In this document: positions 1 through 13,421 of the stretch, in pieces
How positions within the stretch are numbered: position 1 is the first letter of the stretch
Layout: each line of letters begins with the position of its first letter
NCBI GenBank assembly: GCA_951406725.2
Contig: OX597825.1
Coordinates: 57,350,001 to 57,414,000 of the forward strand
Length of the DNA stretch: 64,000 bases
Source of the DNA: Octopus vulgaris
Lineage: Eukaryota
Direction: 5' to 3'
Notes under the pieces: generated by a model
Database searches by the model: none
The model's input: only the letters and a program-made list of their open reading frames with translations
What the model was told of the DNA's origin: nothing
Program-made: the position numbers and the translations under genes

Positions 1-1109
1 AACCTTCACTGCCATCACCACTGCCACCACTACCACCATTACCTTTACCAGTGTAGTTTTTATGTTTGCTTTCCACATCAGCATCGATTAGATGGATCAT
101 CATGGTTCACAACAGTTCTTATTCAAAAGTTACTGTCCTCCTAGACAGGTTGGGAACTAAGTGTCACTCAAACATTCCAGTTTTGATAAGATCTCTGAAA
201 CAAAAAGCCCTTCCCAGTATTAAACACTTTACAGAGTGTAATGGGCAAACACTTACACACATACACAATACATTTGTTCATTTATTTTATGACCATTTTT
301 CTAAGCTAGCATGGGTTGGATGGTTTGACAGGAGCTGGTCAGCCAAAGAGCTATCCAGGCACCAACTGTTTGTTTTGGTATGGCTTCTGCTCAAAAAGAC
401 AACTGGAGCCAAGACTTGTTACCATAAACACAATGAGAGAGAAAGAATAAGAGATGATGGAGAAGAGAGAATAAGAATTTTCTTAAAATAATTTCCTTAA
501 TTCAATTAACAGGAGAACTTGTTAAGAATATTCTATCTCGGAACCACTTTATGCTAATCAATCAGATAGCTCTTTTCTGAAAGCAGTCTAGCATGTAGTA
601 GCATCTGGGCAAGATCAAGAAAGACATGTTACAGATGTGGTAGATCTCAAAGTGTCAGCACCTTCCAGATGAGATAACATGGGGACTAGAACAAATAGTC
701 ATCTACTGTATTATGATGACGATGGTGATGATGATGATAGTGGCAATGGTCAAGACATTGATAGTGCTAATAATGAATCTGTTTACAGCTAGAATCCAAA
801 TTCTTGTTACCAGCCAATTGTCATCCTCCTATCTAGCTAAAAAGATTCAAGCGGAAATCATTTGACATAGATTCTAGAAGAGAAGTCAGTCTGGTACAAC
901 AGTTCCTGGTAGAGAACAGGAAACTATAGAAACAAGGAAATTAGACAGAAGCAGAACTAAAAGGTGGTAGGTTTAAGTGGGCTGAATCTTGGATATAAGA
1001 GCATGATAAACTGGAACAAGTTAAGGAAATAATGGCTGCTTTTACACCAGCAGATTGTTGTTTCTCTATCAGCATTTCCAACTAATTCTACAAGTCTAAG
1101 AAGGAATGT

Positions 1110-1397
1110 TTATGGAACAGATCAACCTGCTAGAAATAGCAGCCAATCTCCCTTAAATCACACCATGCCAACACTGGATTATGCAGGCCTTGATTGTTGA
1201 AAGAAAACAGGAATGATCACAACCAAAATGTCTTTGGTCAAAGGTCTGTGTAACTAGGGCCAGCCTGGGGATAAACAACATGCTGATCATAGCTCAGAGC
1301 AAGCAGGGCTGATCTGAGGCTAAACAATATATACTTTTACATACCATTATGCTGATCATAGGTCTGCTCAACCATGACCACCCTAGGCTAAACAAGA
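1110..1397 (+). repeat. Dispersed repeat family E (GAAATAGCAGCCAAATCTCCC...GGCTAAACAA) with its 3' unit repeated three times
   Basis: The same motif recurs at ~13050-13150 and in a cluster at 41000-42000. The TGATCATAGGTCTGCT...GGCTAAACAA unit occurs 3x between ~1235 and 1397. Confidence 0.6.
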
Positions 1398-1446
1398 TTT
1401 ATTTCTACATACAGGTATAATGAAGATATATATTTTTTGTTTTCAT

Positions 1447-1595
1447 TATGCCAAGTTTCGTTGTTCTACTGCTATGGGAAGTGGGTCAGGGGCATTACTT
1501 ATTGAACGCCCCTCCTAACAATTATTTCTTTTTCACAGCTGGATGGATGCTCCTTCATACCACTAACCACTCAACTGTGAAACAGGGAAATAGAG
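1447..1595 (+). repeat. 149-bp copy of the mariner right end plus its 3' flank
   Basis: Near-identical to 3779-3927. Contains the mariner TIR, the TA and ~78 bp of flank. Confidence 0.9.
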
Positions 1596-1620
1596 ATTAC
1601 ATCAAGGGAGTTACTTATTT

Positions 1621-2555
1621 GGGATCTGTTCAATTTGGCTTACAGATTTTTTAATTAATTTTTTTTAAACCAGAGTTTCAGACTTTGTATACTGGTGGAA
1701 TTTCTCATCCAGAGTACAGTTTGCTTTGAACATTTTTGACAAAATTTCATATTTCAGAAGTTATTTTGTATTAAAGTTATTATATTTGGGTAATCAATGA
1801 CATGTATTCAGTTGAAGAAAGCTACTACTGTTTGTGATAGTAATCGAAGAGGAATAACTTCCGGGTCATCTCTACTAAATGTCACCACTCAGTTCTATTT
1901 TATTTTTTGTTTACTGTCTGTGTTGCATATTACACGCTTTTTATTTTTCTTGGTTCTCACGTCGGAGTAACCAGTGACCATATAGAGCTACAGGTCCACA
2001 GCTAGCTTTTTTGTTGCTGATGTGTATGTAGTTTCAAAAATGCTTTATTTTACAATTATGAGATGTATTGTTATTGTTAAACACATTTCTTCAATTAGAT
2101 TAATTAGATTAAAAATAACATTATCAAAACATGAAGGTAAAATGAAACAAATATGCTTTGTTTTCTTCCAGACACACAAGTAGGGAGAGAAAGAGTAAGG
2201 AATGCAGGTTGCTAACTAGAAAGGAAGAAAGGATAAAGGTGGCATTGTCTTTGCTCAACATATGAATAGAACAGAGTAGTGACATTTAGTAGAGATGACC
2301 TGGAAGTTGTTCCTCTTTGATTACCATCACAAACAGCAGTAGCTTTCTTCAACTGAATATACGTTGTTGATTGGCTAAAATTACCCAAATATAACAGCTT
2401 TAACACAAAATAACTTCTAAAATACGAAATTTTGTCAAAAATGTTAAAAATAAACCATGTTCTGGGTGAGAAATTCCACCAATATATGAAGTTTCTTACT
2501 GTTTGGTTAAAAAAAAATTAATTTAAAAATCTGTACACCAAATTGAACAGATCCC
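1621..2555. mobile_element. Non-autonomous DNA transposon (MITE/foldback) with ~280-bp imperfect TIRs
   Basis: Termini GGGATCTGTTCAATTTGG ... CCAAATTGAACAGATCCC. 1621-1900 is the reverse complement of ~2265-2555. Flanked by TTT on both sides (possible 3-bp TSD; PIF/Harbinger-like by inference). Confidence 0.8.
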
Positions 2556-2562
2556 TTTGTTG

Positions 2563-3849
2563 TACGAGGGACGTTCAATAAGTAATGCCTCTGACCCACT
2601 TGCAGTTGTTTGATCTAGCTGAAATTTTGCATGTGCAACCATTTATATCTCTATAGAGTAAGTGGCAAATTACAGCTCTGAATTAATTGTGGTTTCTGAT
2701 TTACAGGTGTTTGAACCGAGTCAAGTGTGAAATGGAGCCTGTTGAGTGTCGAGCAGTGATCCGGTTTTTGTATTTGAAAGGACGCACACCACGGGAGACT
2801 TTTGATGAAATGAAAGTAACTTATGGTGATGATGCCCCATCATATGACCTTGTAAAACGCTGGCATCGTGAATTCAAACATGGTCGGAACTCTGTGGAAA
2901 CAGCTCCCAGATCTGGTCGCCCCTTCTGCCATTGATGAGGCATCTGTCCGTCAAGTTGAGGCTGCCATTTTGGAAGATCAACGCATAATTATTCGCCAAA
3001 TAGCCCATGAGGTCAAGATTAGTACCGGGTCTGTGGAAACTATCATTCATGACCATTTGCATATGCAAAAGGTGTCTGCCAGATGGATTCCAAGGTTGCT
3101 CACGCCTTTCCAGAAGCAAGAATGCGTTGAGTGCTCAAGGGTGAATTTGGAGATGTGCCAAGAAGATGAGTCAAAATTTTTCAAAAGACTGATTACACAG
3201 GATGAAACCTGGGTCCATCACGATGATCCAGAGACCAAAGCCCAGTCAATGCAGTGGAAGCACCGTGACTCACCCCCTCCAAAGAAGGCAAGGGTGCAGC
3301 CCTCCACTGGCAAGGTCATGCTCACAGTCTTCTGGGACCAGGACGGAGTAGTGATGACAGATTTCCTGGCAAAGGGTACCACAATTGCAGGAGCCTATTA
3401 TGCTTCACTTTTGAGGAAATTAAGAGAAGTTATCAAAATCAAGAGGCGGGGCAAGATCAGCAAAGGCATCCTCCTCCTGCAGGACAACGCTCCGGTCCAC
3501 AACTCACTTGTCAGATCAGAAGCACAGGCGTATGGCTATGAACTCCTCCCCCATCCCCCTACTTTCCTGACCTTGCACCCTCTGATTTTCACCTCTTCCC
3601 AGTCATGAAGTTGTTTTTGAAAGGAAAGCATTTCCCAGATGATGCAGCCTTGATTTCTGAAGTCACGTTCAGGTTGGAGGACCAAGCTGGGGTCTTCTAC
3701 AAAAACGGTCTCCAGAGCTGCATCAATGGGAGAAATGCGTAACTCTGGGTGGTTCCTATGTAGAAAAAGACTAATAACTATGCCAAGTTTCGTTGCTCTA
3801 CTGTTATGGGAAGTGGGTCAGGGGCATTACTTATTGAACACCTCTCATA
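2563..3849 (+). mobile_element. Full-length mariner (DD34D) transposon
   Basis: ~37-bp TIRs (CGAGGGACGTTCAATAAGTAATGCCTCTGACCCACTT and its diverged complement), TA target duplication, ~1.29 kb long. Confidence 0.95.
2732..3774 (+). pseudogene. Mariner transposase, frameshifted
   Basis: HTH N-terminus MEPVECRAVIRFLYLKG...PRSGRP, then WIPRLL, TQDETW, LQDNAPVH, PDLAPSDFHLF and WEKCVTLGGSYVEKD*. Frameshifts near 2920, ~3510-3560 and ~3725. Confidence 0.92.
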
Positions 3850-4740
3850 ACAATTATTTCTTTTTCACAGCTGGATGGATGCTCCTTCATACCACTAACC
3901 ACTCAACTGTGAAACAGGGAAATAGAGCATGGTTTTTGTTCAGTCAGGTAAAGTAGAGTAAGCAACACAATGACTTTAGTAAAATTTGACATGAACAACA
4001 ACAACAGCAGCAGCAACAGCACAAGCAGCCACTACTGCTGTCATCACCACCAATTTACATCTATCTTCCATACTGGCATAGGTTGATGGGTCATAGCTGC
4101 TCTCTAAGTGAATCACAGAATTAGGATCAAGTTTGTAAGTTTCACTTTATTCTTGGCAGTTTCTACAGCTGGATGTTTTTCCTAACACCTGGAGGTTCTA
4201 CAGAGTGCATTGGGTACATTTTATCATAACACCATACCAGAGAGGTTGTTCACATCTCTGACAAGTAAGAGGTCCTCTTAGCCCCAACACATAATAAACA
4301 TAGTGTATTAGGTCCATTTTATCACAGCACCAGTACAAAATAGGACAGCCACAACTTTGACACCACCAAAGACTTAACTGAGTCATAATACTACACACAC
4401 ACATGCACACCAATGCTACCTACAATGTTAGTGATTGAAAAATCTATTCTGAACGTGTATCTATAATGTTGAAAAACAGCCAAGTTTAAAAGTATTTTCA
4501 TTTGCTATAAAAATTGAATTTAGTGAAAAGAAATGGTGACACTTGATACCTGAATGCTGGAAAACTGAGAAATCAAAACTTTATATATCAATGTTTTTTT
4601 TTGTATTTTGTCCATGACATACAAGTAGTGATACAAATACCTTGTTACCGTAAAAAATGTAATCATATAAAGGTGCTATGAACAAAGATGCAGTGGTCAA
4701 AAAGTAGTATACAAAGCTTTAAAAAATAGAGAGAGAGAGA

Positions 4741-5154
4741 TACTCTTTACTCTCTTTACTTGTTTCAGGCATTTGACCGTGGCCATGCTGGAGCACCGCT
4801 TTTAGTCGAGCAAATCGACCCCAGGACTTATTCTTAGTAAGCTTAGTACTTATTCTATCGGTTTCTTGCTGAACCGCTAAGTTATGGGGACGTAAACGCA
4901 TCAGCATCAGCTGTCAAGCGATGTTGGGGGGACAAACACAGACACACAAACATATACACACACACATACACATATATATATATACATACATATATACGAT
5001 GGGCTTCGTTTCCGTCTACCAAATCCACTCACAAGACTTTAGTTGGCCCAAGGCTATAGAAGAAGACACTTGCCCAAGGTGCCACACAGTGGGACTGAAC
5101 CCGGAACCATGTGGTTGGTAAGCAAGCTACTTACCACACAGCCACTCCTACGCC
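4741..5154 (-). mobile_element. tRNA-derived SINE, family A
   Basis: Minus-strand head GGCG(T/C)AGGAGTGGCTGTGTGGT (A-box-like) ... GGTTCAGTCCC (B-box-like), internal (TG/TA)n, tail AAGTAAAAGAGTA. More than 10 copies in the window. Confidence 0.9.
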
Positions 5155-5729
5155 TGTGAACACTTCTTAACAAAATATTGATAAACAGGGCTGGTTTTAA
5201 GCATAATAGACAGATTTGTTCAAATTGGGTCCTGTGCACACACTCGAGTAAAGGATGCTATGATGAATTTATAGTATATCACTGCGGCTAATGGTGGAGC
5301 CTTGAGCCCTCAATGCTTTCTTGGCTGGGATTGGTATACTATATGAAGCATATAACATCAATCTTCAGCTTTTGTGGAGTAGAAAGCTGATCAGGCCCCA
5401 CACCTAGTGCCAGCCCTGCTACTAAATAACCATTGAACAAAATAGGCTACGAACCCTTAAATGCCAAGCTATTAAACTGCCATTAAATGAAAGAGGCTGT
5501 GGGCACTTTCTTACACACCAAGTTACAAAACAGCCATTGAATAAATGAGTCTGGTGTTTAAGACCAAGCCATTAAATAAATCCCTAAATTTCAAACATCA
5601 ACTAAAAAGTGATCAGTGGCTTCCCACAAATGTGATGGTTACAGTATTATCTTCTTATACAGCATAACATTCTTACTAAAACAGTATACAACACCACACA
5701 CAGGAAAGACAAAATACTTCTGTCTTTGA

Positions 5730-6039
5730 ATACTTTCACAAGTTTCATCACAGGGAATTTTGGTGGGAAATTCCCATCAAAACTTCCAGCAAACACAACA
5801 GATCTGGCACAACTGTAATACATGCTGCAAGAAACTTGTTCTGCTCTTTTCCACATCAGATCAACATTGCCTGTACAGATGCACAAGTGTGCTACACATC
5901 AGGTTTTGAAATGATTGCAGAGCAACATGAAATGAAGTGTTCTGCTCAAGAACACAATGCACTGCCCAATCTGGAAACTGAAACCATGAGCTCGTGATCA
6001 TGAGTGCAACACCCTAACCTCTAGGCCATATGCTTTCAC
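5730..6039 (-). mobile_element. Older tRNA-derived SINE (head related to 38213-38438)
   Basis: Minus head GTGAAAGCATATGGCCTAGAGGTTAGGGTG...TGTGTTCTTGAGCAGAACACTTCATTTCA, shared with 38213-38335. The 3' boundary is approximate. Confidence 0.65.
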
Positions 6040-6043
6040 TAAT

Positions 6044-6075
<32 letters not shown>

Positions 6076-6104
6076 TACCAACAGTTTCTTTTAACTCTGG
6101 TCTA

Positions 6105-6352
6105 TGCCCCACTCAGTTGAGGAGTCTCATCTTGGGGGTACCTGCAAACTTCCCCAGTGCTGGTGCCATATAAAATGATATAAAATGTAGCCAGTACACT
6201 CTGGTGAGTGGCTGGCATTAGGAAGGGTATCCACCTCGAGAAACCATGCCAAAGTAGACAGAACCTGGCAGAATCCTCTGGTAAGTCTCCTCTTGTCAAA
6301 CCATCCAACTCATGCCAGCATGGGAGAAAGGACATTAAATGATGATGATAAT
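6105..6352 (+). repeat. Family D retroposon 3' end with (GAT)n tail
   Basis: GGCATTAGGAAGGGTATCC...CCATCCAACTCATGCCAGCATGG...AAATGATGATGAT. Homologous pieces at ~4060-4230, 34060-34460, 38960-39232 and 58095-58800. Confidence 0.7.
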
Positions 6353-6354
6353 AA

Positions 6355-6439
<85 letters not shown>

Positions 6440-6443
<4 letters not shown>

Positions 6444-6815
6444 CTTGTTTCAGTCATTTGACTGCGGCCATGCTGGGCACCACCTTTAATCGAGCAACTC
6501 GACCCGGGACTTATTCTTTTGTAAGCCCAGTACTTATTCTATCGGTCTCTTTTGCCGAACAGCTAAGTAACGGGGACATAAACACACCACCATCGGTTGT
6601 CAAGCAATGCTAGGGGGACAAACACACACAAACACATATATATACATATATACGACGGGCTTCTTTCAGTTTCCGTCTACCAAATCCACTCACAAGGCTT
6701 TCGTTGGCCCGAGGCTATAGTAGAAGACACTAGCCCAAGGTGCCACGCAGTGGGACTGAACCCAGAACCATGTGGTTGGTAAACAAGCTTCTTACCATAC
6801 AGCCACTCCTGCGCC
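6440..6815 (-). mobile_element. SINE family A
   Basis: High identity to the other copies; embedded in (TA)n. Confidence 0.9.
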
Positions 6816-6817
6816 TA

Positions 6818-6849
<32 letters not shown>

Positions 6850-7230
6850 TTACACACACATACATATCTATACTCATTCATACATACTTATCAGTGGAAT
6901 TTTCTGTGTGAAGAAATAACAATCAAATTTTAATATAAAACTTATATTAGTTGCATAACAGATGTGTTTTACATCAATTATATAACTTTAATATTAAAAA
7001 ACTGCATGCTCTGTCTTGAGATACCAGGCATCACTCCTTACACATAGACACACACACATGCACACACAATGACAAACACATGCACAGACATCCAATTTCC
7101 ATCCACTAAACACCTGGCACCATACCTGACCTATATATAATATCATATGTCAGAAAGGCTTCTGTAAAAGTGTCTGTGTGGGGAGTGTTAGAGGTAGTGA
7201 ATGGTGAGGCTTTGTTCACCAAACACATAC

Positions 7231-7245
7231 TGAATGTTCTTTCTC
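7231..7245 (-). CDS. Candidate 15-nt microexon of the host gene
   Basis: Minus strand TCTTTTTTCAG|GAGAAAGAACATTCA|GTATGT. Strong acceptor and donor; frame-preserving length. Confidence 0.3.
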
Positions 7246-7661
7246 CTGAAAAAAGATATTTCTTTACACATGTGGAAAATTAAACACAGGATTATGTGAA
7301 TTCTACAACACCACTGCTACAGTTTATAGTAGTGAATTATACCCGGATGTGTAAGAACCTATTTACAGAAAGGCGCGAAATCTATGACTGAGTATTAAAT
7401 GTCCTCTCCATTGACATAATACAATATCTGTAACAACATAGAGTTCATCAAAATACAAATACAATGGCTGTCCTCTCATTTAACAAGTATGACCATCAAT
7501 GATAGATAATAATATATTGTGATCGCATGAATGGTTGTGTAGTTAAGAAATTCAATTTACAGCCAAGTGGTTCTTGGTTCAGTTCCACTGTGTGGTACTT
7601 TGGACAAGCGTCTACTGTTATAGCCCCAGGCCAGCTATATATATATATATATATATACACA

Positions 7662-8061
7662 TACTCTTTACTCTTTTACTTGTTTCAGTCATTCGACTGC
7701 GGCCATGCTGGAGCACCGCCTTTAGTCGAGCAAATCAACCCCGGGACTTATTCTTTGTAAGCCCAGTACTTATTCTATCGGTCTCTTTTGCCGAACCGCT
7801 AAGTGACGGGGACGTAAACACACCAGCATCGGTTGTCAAGCAATGCTAGGGTGACAAACACAGACACACAAACACACATACATATATATACATATATACG
7901 ACGGGTTTCTTTCAATTTCCGTCTACCAAATCCACTCACAAGGCATTGGTCAACCCGGGGCTATAGCAGAAGATACTTGCCCAAGATGCCACGCAGGGGG
8001 ACTGAACCCAGAACCATGTGGTTGGTTAGCAAGCTACTTACCACACAGCCACTCCTGCGCC
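7662..8061 (-). mobile_element. SINE family A
   Basis: Full-length copy. A diverged plus-strand head of the same family lies at ~7527-7632. Confidence 0.9.
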
Positions 8062-8121
8062 TGTACATACATATATATACATACATATACATATATATAT
8101 ATATACATATATATATACACA

Positions 8122-8154
<33 letters not shown>

Positions 8155-8173
8155 CATATATATATATACACAC

Positions 8174-8206
<33 letters not shown>

Positions 8207-8261
8207 TATATGCATATACATACACACACACACATACACATATAATATAAATATATAACTG

Positions 8262-9163
8262 TTCTGAGGCCATTACTGTTCATAATACTTAGACATGCCC
8301 ACAGTCACTCAGACAGCCACTGTCACTAGCTATGCCGATGATACAAAATTATATCACAAGCGATAAAAAACCAAGATGGTGTCATAAGCTTACAGCGGGA
8401 CCTAAATTCAATATACAAGTGGGCCAAAATAAACAATATGTGGTTTAATGCTGGAAAATTTCAAGCACTGCTCTATCAACTCACAAATACAGTACAATTT
8501 ACATTTATAGGACCTGAAGGCACTACAATCCCAGTCAGTGAAAGACATGGGGGACCAGTATGTGCAATGACACATTATTTCCTATGCACATTAGTAAGAT
8601 GGCAGCAAAGTGCAGACAACTGGCAAAATGGATACTGAGGTCCTTCAAGACAAGAGACCAAGAAACTATGTTGACCCTGTGGAGAACCTTTGTTCTCAGT
8701 CACTTGGACTGCTGCTCCCAGTTGTGGTCACCACATAGGGCCAAATTAAGAGCAGAGCTTGAAGCAGTCCAACGCCCTTACACTAAAAAAGGTTGAAACA
8801 TTACAGTGGATGAGCTACAGGGATAGGCTGAGAAAACTGCAACTTTACTCTCTGGAATGAAGGCGTGAGAAATATGCAATAATATACATATGGAAAATTG
8901 TAGAAGGGCTAGTACTTTACTTTGACATTGAGTGTTATACAAATGCCAGAACTGGCCGTCATTTTATTGTACCAAAAGTACCATCCACTCCATCTAAATT
9001 CAGTACCAGATGTTGCAATAGTCAAGGGTTCAAAGGCCCACAGCTCTTCAATGCCCTACTGCAAAAATTAAGAAATCTGCATAAGGTGGAAATAGATGTC
9101 TTCAAAAAGGAACTAGACATCATCCTCTCCACAATACCAGATGAACCAACAGCCCCACATGAG
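8262..9163 (+). mobile_element. CR1/L2-group LINE, decayed RT C-terminal part
   Basis: YADDTK, LQRDLNSIYKWAKINNMWFNAGKFQ, WILRSFKTRD..MLTLWRTFVLSHLDCCSQLWSP, FKKELDIILSTIPDEP, with frameshifts. A related 3' scrap lies at ~36585-36660. Confidence 0.88.
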
Positions 9164-9187
9164 GTAACATGTATATGTATATATATG

Positions 9188-9233
<46 letters not shown>

Positions 9234-9557
9234 TGTGTGCTTGTGTGTCTGTGTTTGTCCCCCCATGGATGTGTGCATGTTTGTGGGTATGTATATATTA
9301 CATGTATATGTACATGTGTATGGTTGCAAATATATGTGGGTGAGTGAGCATATGCATATAGGCACATGTATATGACGATGATGATGATATATATATATAT
9401 TTAAAGCCAGTCACCACATCTATATGTAATTGAAAAGGGGTTAAGAATCCATACAAATCAAATGTTGTAGTTAAAAAATATAGGTAGAATTGGCACGAAT
9501 GTATGTTTGAATATTGTTTTATATTTGTTACATTGTGTGACTTTTATAAAACATTAC

Positions 9558-9597
9558 CAGTTTCAATGTCTATGTCTACCTTATCAAATATTAAGAA
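9558..9597 (-). CDS. Candidate 40-nt exon (FLIFDKVDIDIETG) of the host gene
   Basis: TTGACTTTCAG|TTCTTA...GAAACTG|GTAATG. Open in phase 0, matching the upstream exon; an alternative donor at 9580 gives 18 nt. Confidence 0.35.
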
Positions 9598-10369
9598 CTG
9601 AAAGTCAAAAATTAAGGAAACAGTTTGTTCTCACAAAACATGAGAACAAACTGTTTTTGATTTCCAATTCTTTCTTATTCCCTAATTGTTGACTTTCATG
9701 TCTTAATCTATATTAATAAAAGCGAAATTCTGCCTGTCCATCTGGGACCCCTGCATCTACACAGACATATTATGCCTTTTTGGAATCAGGATGATCCAGG
9801 GATTGAAAATCTGCCTTTGGTCCTTGAACATCCAACATTGGGATCTAATTTTGCATTTGGGTTGCTATTTCTAGCAGGTAAAGCTTGGCTGATTCATGCC
9901 ATCTTGGTTGGAATTTGTCAGATGACACTACAGCTCAAGAGGGAGATAAATGACATTCGCTTCATTAATTTTATGTAGAGATAACGACTTTGGGAACAGT
10001 TCCAACAGTTGGAATTCAACTAGTGATTACATTACAGAATTAAATCTCAACCATCCTTAACCTCTGAGCAAACATCACTGGGGCATATAGTCGTTATAGA
10101 TGTATTGTAATCATGCTATTTAGCTCTCATTACTTTTGGGCCACAGGCCCAATTAGGTCACTGCAGAAGCTGCATGGATTGCAGCTTTTAAGCTAGTATA
10201 AGACAGACATACACATTGAAACCTGTAATATTTTATAAAAGTCATTCAATGTAACAAACATAAAACAATCTTTAAGTATATATATATATCAAAAGAGAGA
10301 GAGCAGCAGAGACAGAGAGAGTGAGAGAGAGAGATACAGACAGACAGACAGAGCTAAGAAACAACTTAC

Positions 10370-10757
10370 ACTTTTCTTTGGTCGTGATTTCACGCGTGGA
10401 ACTGTAAATACTGTTGTGTGTTCTGCAAACCGAACGCTATCAGTCGAGTCAACTGTGGCATACTGAGAACTGCATTTTGTGGTGGGAACAAAGTTGCAAT
10501 TCGCTGTCAAGTCATTTTCACCTTGGTCTTCTCCTCCTCCTCCAACTTCATCTCCTTGCCCAGCTTCTTCTCCTAAGTTAAATTTCACGTATGTATCTGT
10601 GGTATTGTTTTGCTCATCTTCTGCGTTTGTTGTTTCAGACGGGAGAAGCAGTGGTAATTCACTGCCCGTGTCCTCAAACACCTTGTCATCTTGTAGGAGA
10701 GCAGAGTCTTCTTGGTTGAATTCTGTAGAGTCGAGCAAGCAAACATCTTCGACAGTA
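10370..10757 (-). CDS. Internal coding exon (388 nt) of an unidentified host gene; acidic, probably disordered peptide
   Basis: Acceptor TCTCATTTGCAG|TACTG and donor AAAAGT|GTAAGT. Open frame TVEDVCLLDSTEFNQED...SVRFAEHTTVFTVPRVKSRPKKS. Non-repetitive and protein-like; phase 2 to phase 0. Confidence 0.75.
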
Positions 10758-13387
10758 CTGCAAATGAGACAAAATTTCAACACATCAGTTTTAAATATAA
10801 AAAAATAAAAAATAAAAACTTCATATTTATTTTAGTTCAAATATGAGAATCAGTTTGAAAAATTGTTCTGGGAAGGGCTGGTGAATGTAAGATTGAAAAG
10901 ATTGTTTAATTTTGTAGAGGGAAATATTAAAAGGTCTTCTTAAAGTTGTTGGATTGGTTTACCAAGTGCCTTACATATTACACTGGATGTATTTATCATG
11001 GTATTGGGCACTTGTAAGGTTGCCTAGTAACTCTTCTCAAGACTAAAGAATTCTCATGACTGAGAGGGAGAACAGGAGAAAGGGTAAGAGATTAAAGTAT
11101 GATGGGGCAAGGGTAGTTGTGGAGAGACTAAGAGATATAGTATTAGAGAAAGGAGTAATAGGAGGAAGCGAGTCAGAGAATGAAAAGGATGGTGGGGTGG
11201 ATTGAGAAGATCAAGATTCAGTGGAGCCTTAAATTATACATGGGTAAGGCAGAAGGAGTGATGTGTAAGAGAGAAATAAAAATCTTAGGGAAAAGGATGA
11301 GGAACCAGAGTGTATTCCAAAAGCAACTTGTCCAAGAAAGTAAGCCCATATCACCAAACAACATTTTTTGTTCTCTTTATGCATTATGTCATTCTCTCAA
11401 CTCATACTCTTGCAACCTACCTACACATGTCATTTCTCCCATCATTCTCCTGCCTACTGTATTATTATTATTATTCTCCTGCTGCTCTTCACCCTATTGT
11501 ACTGCCAATCAGCACCTACCCCACCCCTACCTTCCCAACTCATGTATCATTGATTACTCCTCCGCTATTCATTACATGCATTCCATACCCTTCTCAATCT
11601 CTAGTCATCATCTACACACCCCTACATTTCATCTGATACATATTTATTGACCTTCACTCCACCTGCCTAGTAGTCCTCAGACTCAGTGGATCCTGTCAAA
11701 TCATTACCCCCCTCCACCTGCCATTACCAGTGGCTTCTAGATCTATCTATCTATCTACCTATCTTCTTTTTCTTTACACTTACCTTTCTGTTGCTTTTTC
11801 CCATCAACCCTTTTCACTTAACTATCTCTTTATCTTTTTCTCTATATCTCCTGCCATTCTATCTATCATTCTATTTATTTACATTTCTACCTCTCTGTCT
11901 GTCCTTTCTTAATTTTTTTTTGCTTACCTTTCTATTTCTTTGTCTATCAGCCATTTTCACTTAATATTTGTTTCTATTTTTACCCCTGTTCACAAGCTCT
12001 TTCCATGTTTGTCCCTTTTTTTTTAATCTTTCTATTATTGTTTCATTCTGTATCCATTCTTTCTTCATATCTGTTTAGCTCTAACTTTCTACCTATTCCT
12101 TTTTTTCAATTTGTCCTACTGTTTTTTTTCTATATATGGTACTTCTTCTCTCTCTCTCTCGTGCAGTCTCTGTCTTTCTGTCAGCCCACAATTACCCATT
12201 CCTTCTCTCCTCTCCCAAAAGGCACCACGTAAGTGAATATGGTAGACAGAAACTGTTTGAAAGCTCAAGATGTACACACACACACACAAATAATATAACA
12301 TGAGGATGGAAGATACTAGCTTGAAGTTGCTGAGTTTACATTCATACACCATCATATTATTTCTATATAAGTGAATATTTTTCAGCAACAACTGTATGTT
12401 GGTGTTTCATCAGGTGGAATGTAATCAAACCCTGGAAAACATCTTGTTTTGGAATAACGCAGTAGCCAAATGACAGTATAGAAGCTCTTAAATGCATGCT
12501 ACAACATTATTACTTGAAATAGTGTACATGTGTGTGTACGAGTGAGCATGCACACATTTGTGTTTGTCCACTCTGTTTGAAAATCTGTGTGGGTTTGTTT
12601 ACAGTCACTTAGCAGTTCAGCAAAAGACTAAACCCTTGAAGACAGTGGCCCAGCATGGCCACAGCTCAAGGACTAAAACAAGTAAAAGATGAGAGATTCA
12701 TGCCTTTCCTAAGGGTAATAGGTGAGGGAAGTAAAAGAGATCATCTGATGAATGGAGGACAGAAAGATGTTGGATTATCTAGAGGATTATACATGAAGCT
12801 TAGGGCAACAATTGAGTATATAGAGAGACACATGATTAGGAGTTATTCAGGGCCTTTCCTAGTGAAAAAGATACCTTTCATTACAGTGCCTTCTTAATAT
12901 TAATTAATTTTTTTCCATGTTAGGCTCTGACTGAAATGAAATGGAAGGCCCAGGAGGGGAACTGGAGAATGAGATGTTAACAAATGTAGCAAAAATAAAG
13001 CCCGAGTTAATTAATGGTATTTATCTCTCTTTCTGTGAAGGATCTTTTAGATGGTTGTTAGAAATAGCAGCTGAATCATCCCTTATCATCTTATAAAAGG
13101 AAGGATACATTGGATAATGTAGTCTTATAAAAAATTGTGACCATCAAAACAATGCAGCTAATATACCTTAGATCCTTTCAATGACAAACAACTAAATGGC
13201 TAAAATACAGCACAAATTAAAATGATTCTTTTGAAGTCAGGAATAAGTTAGAGGTATTTTCAGTCATGTTTTTTTTTGTGTATATGTTTCATTTACGTTT
13301 GAAGAGTAGAAATATATATTGTATTTGTAATTATGTTTTTTCATCCCTAATATTTTGAAAATGAAAAACAATGCGTCTCAATATAAG

Positions 13388-13421
<34 letters not shown>

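Noticed and set aside
5647-5886. Minus ORF with an acceptor-like TACAG at ~5871 as the next host exon
   Set aside because: Contiguous with the SINE head at 5885-6039 and probably its body; the donor is weak.
7833-8283. Overlapping ORFs rich in YI/CV/HT (also at 9.1, 21.5, 38.4, 49.6 and 58.5-59.6 kb)
   Set aside because: Translations of (TA)n/(CA)n microsatellites and SINEs.
11180-12232. Hydrophobic, membrane-protein-like ORFs
   Set aside because: Pyrimidine-rich low-complexity DNA with no splice or domain support.
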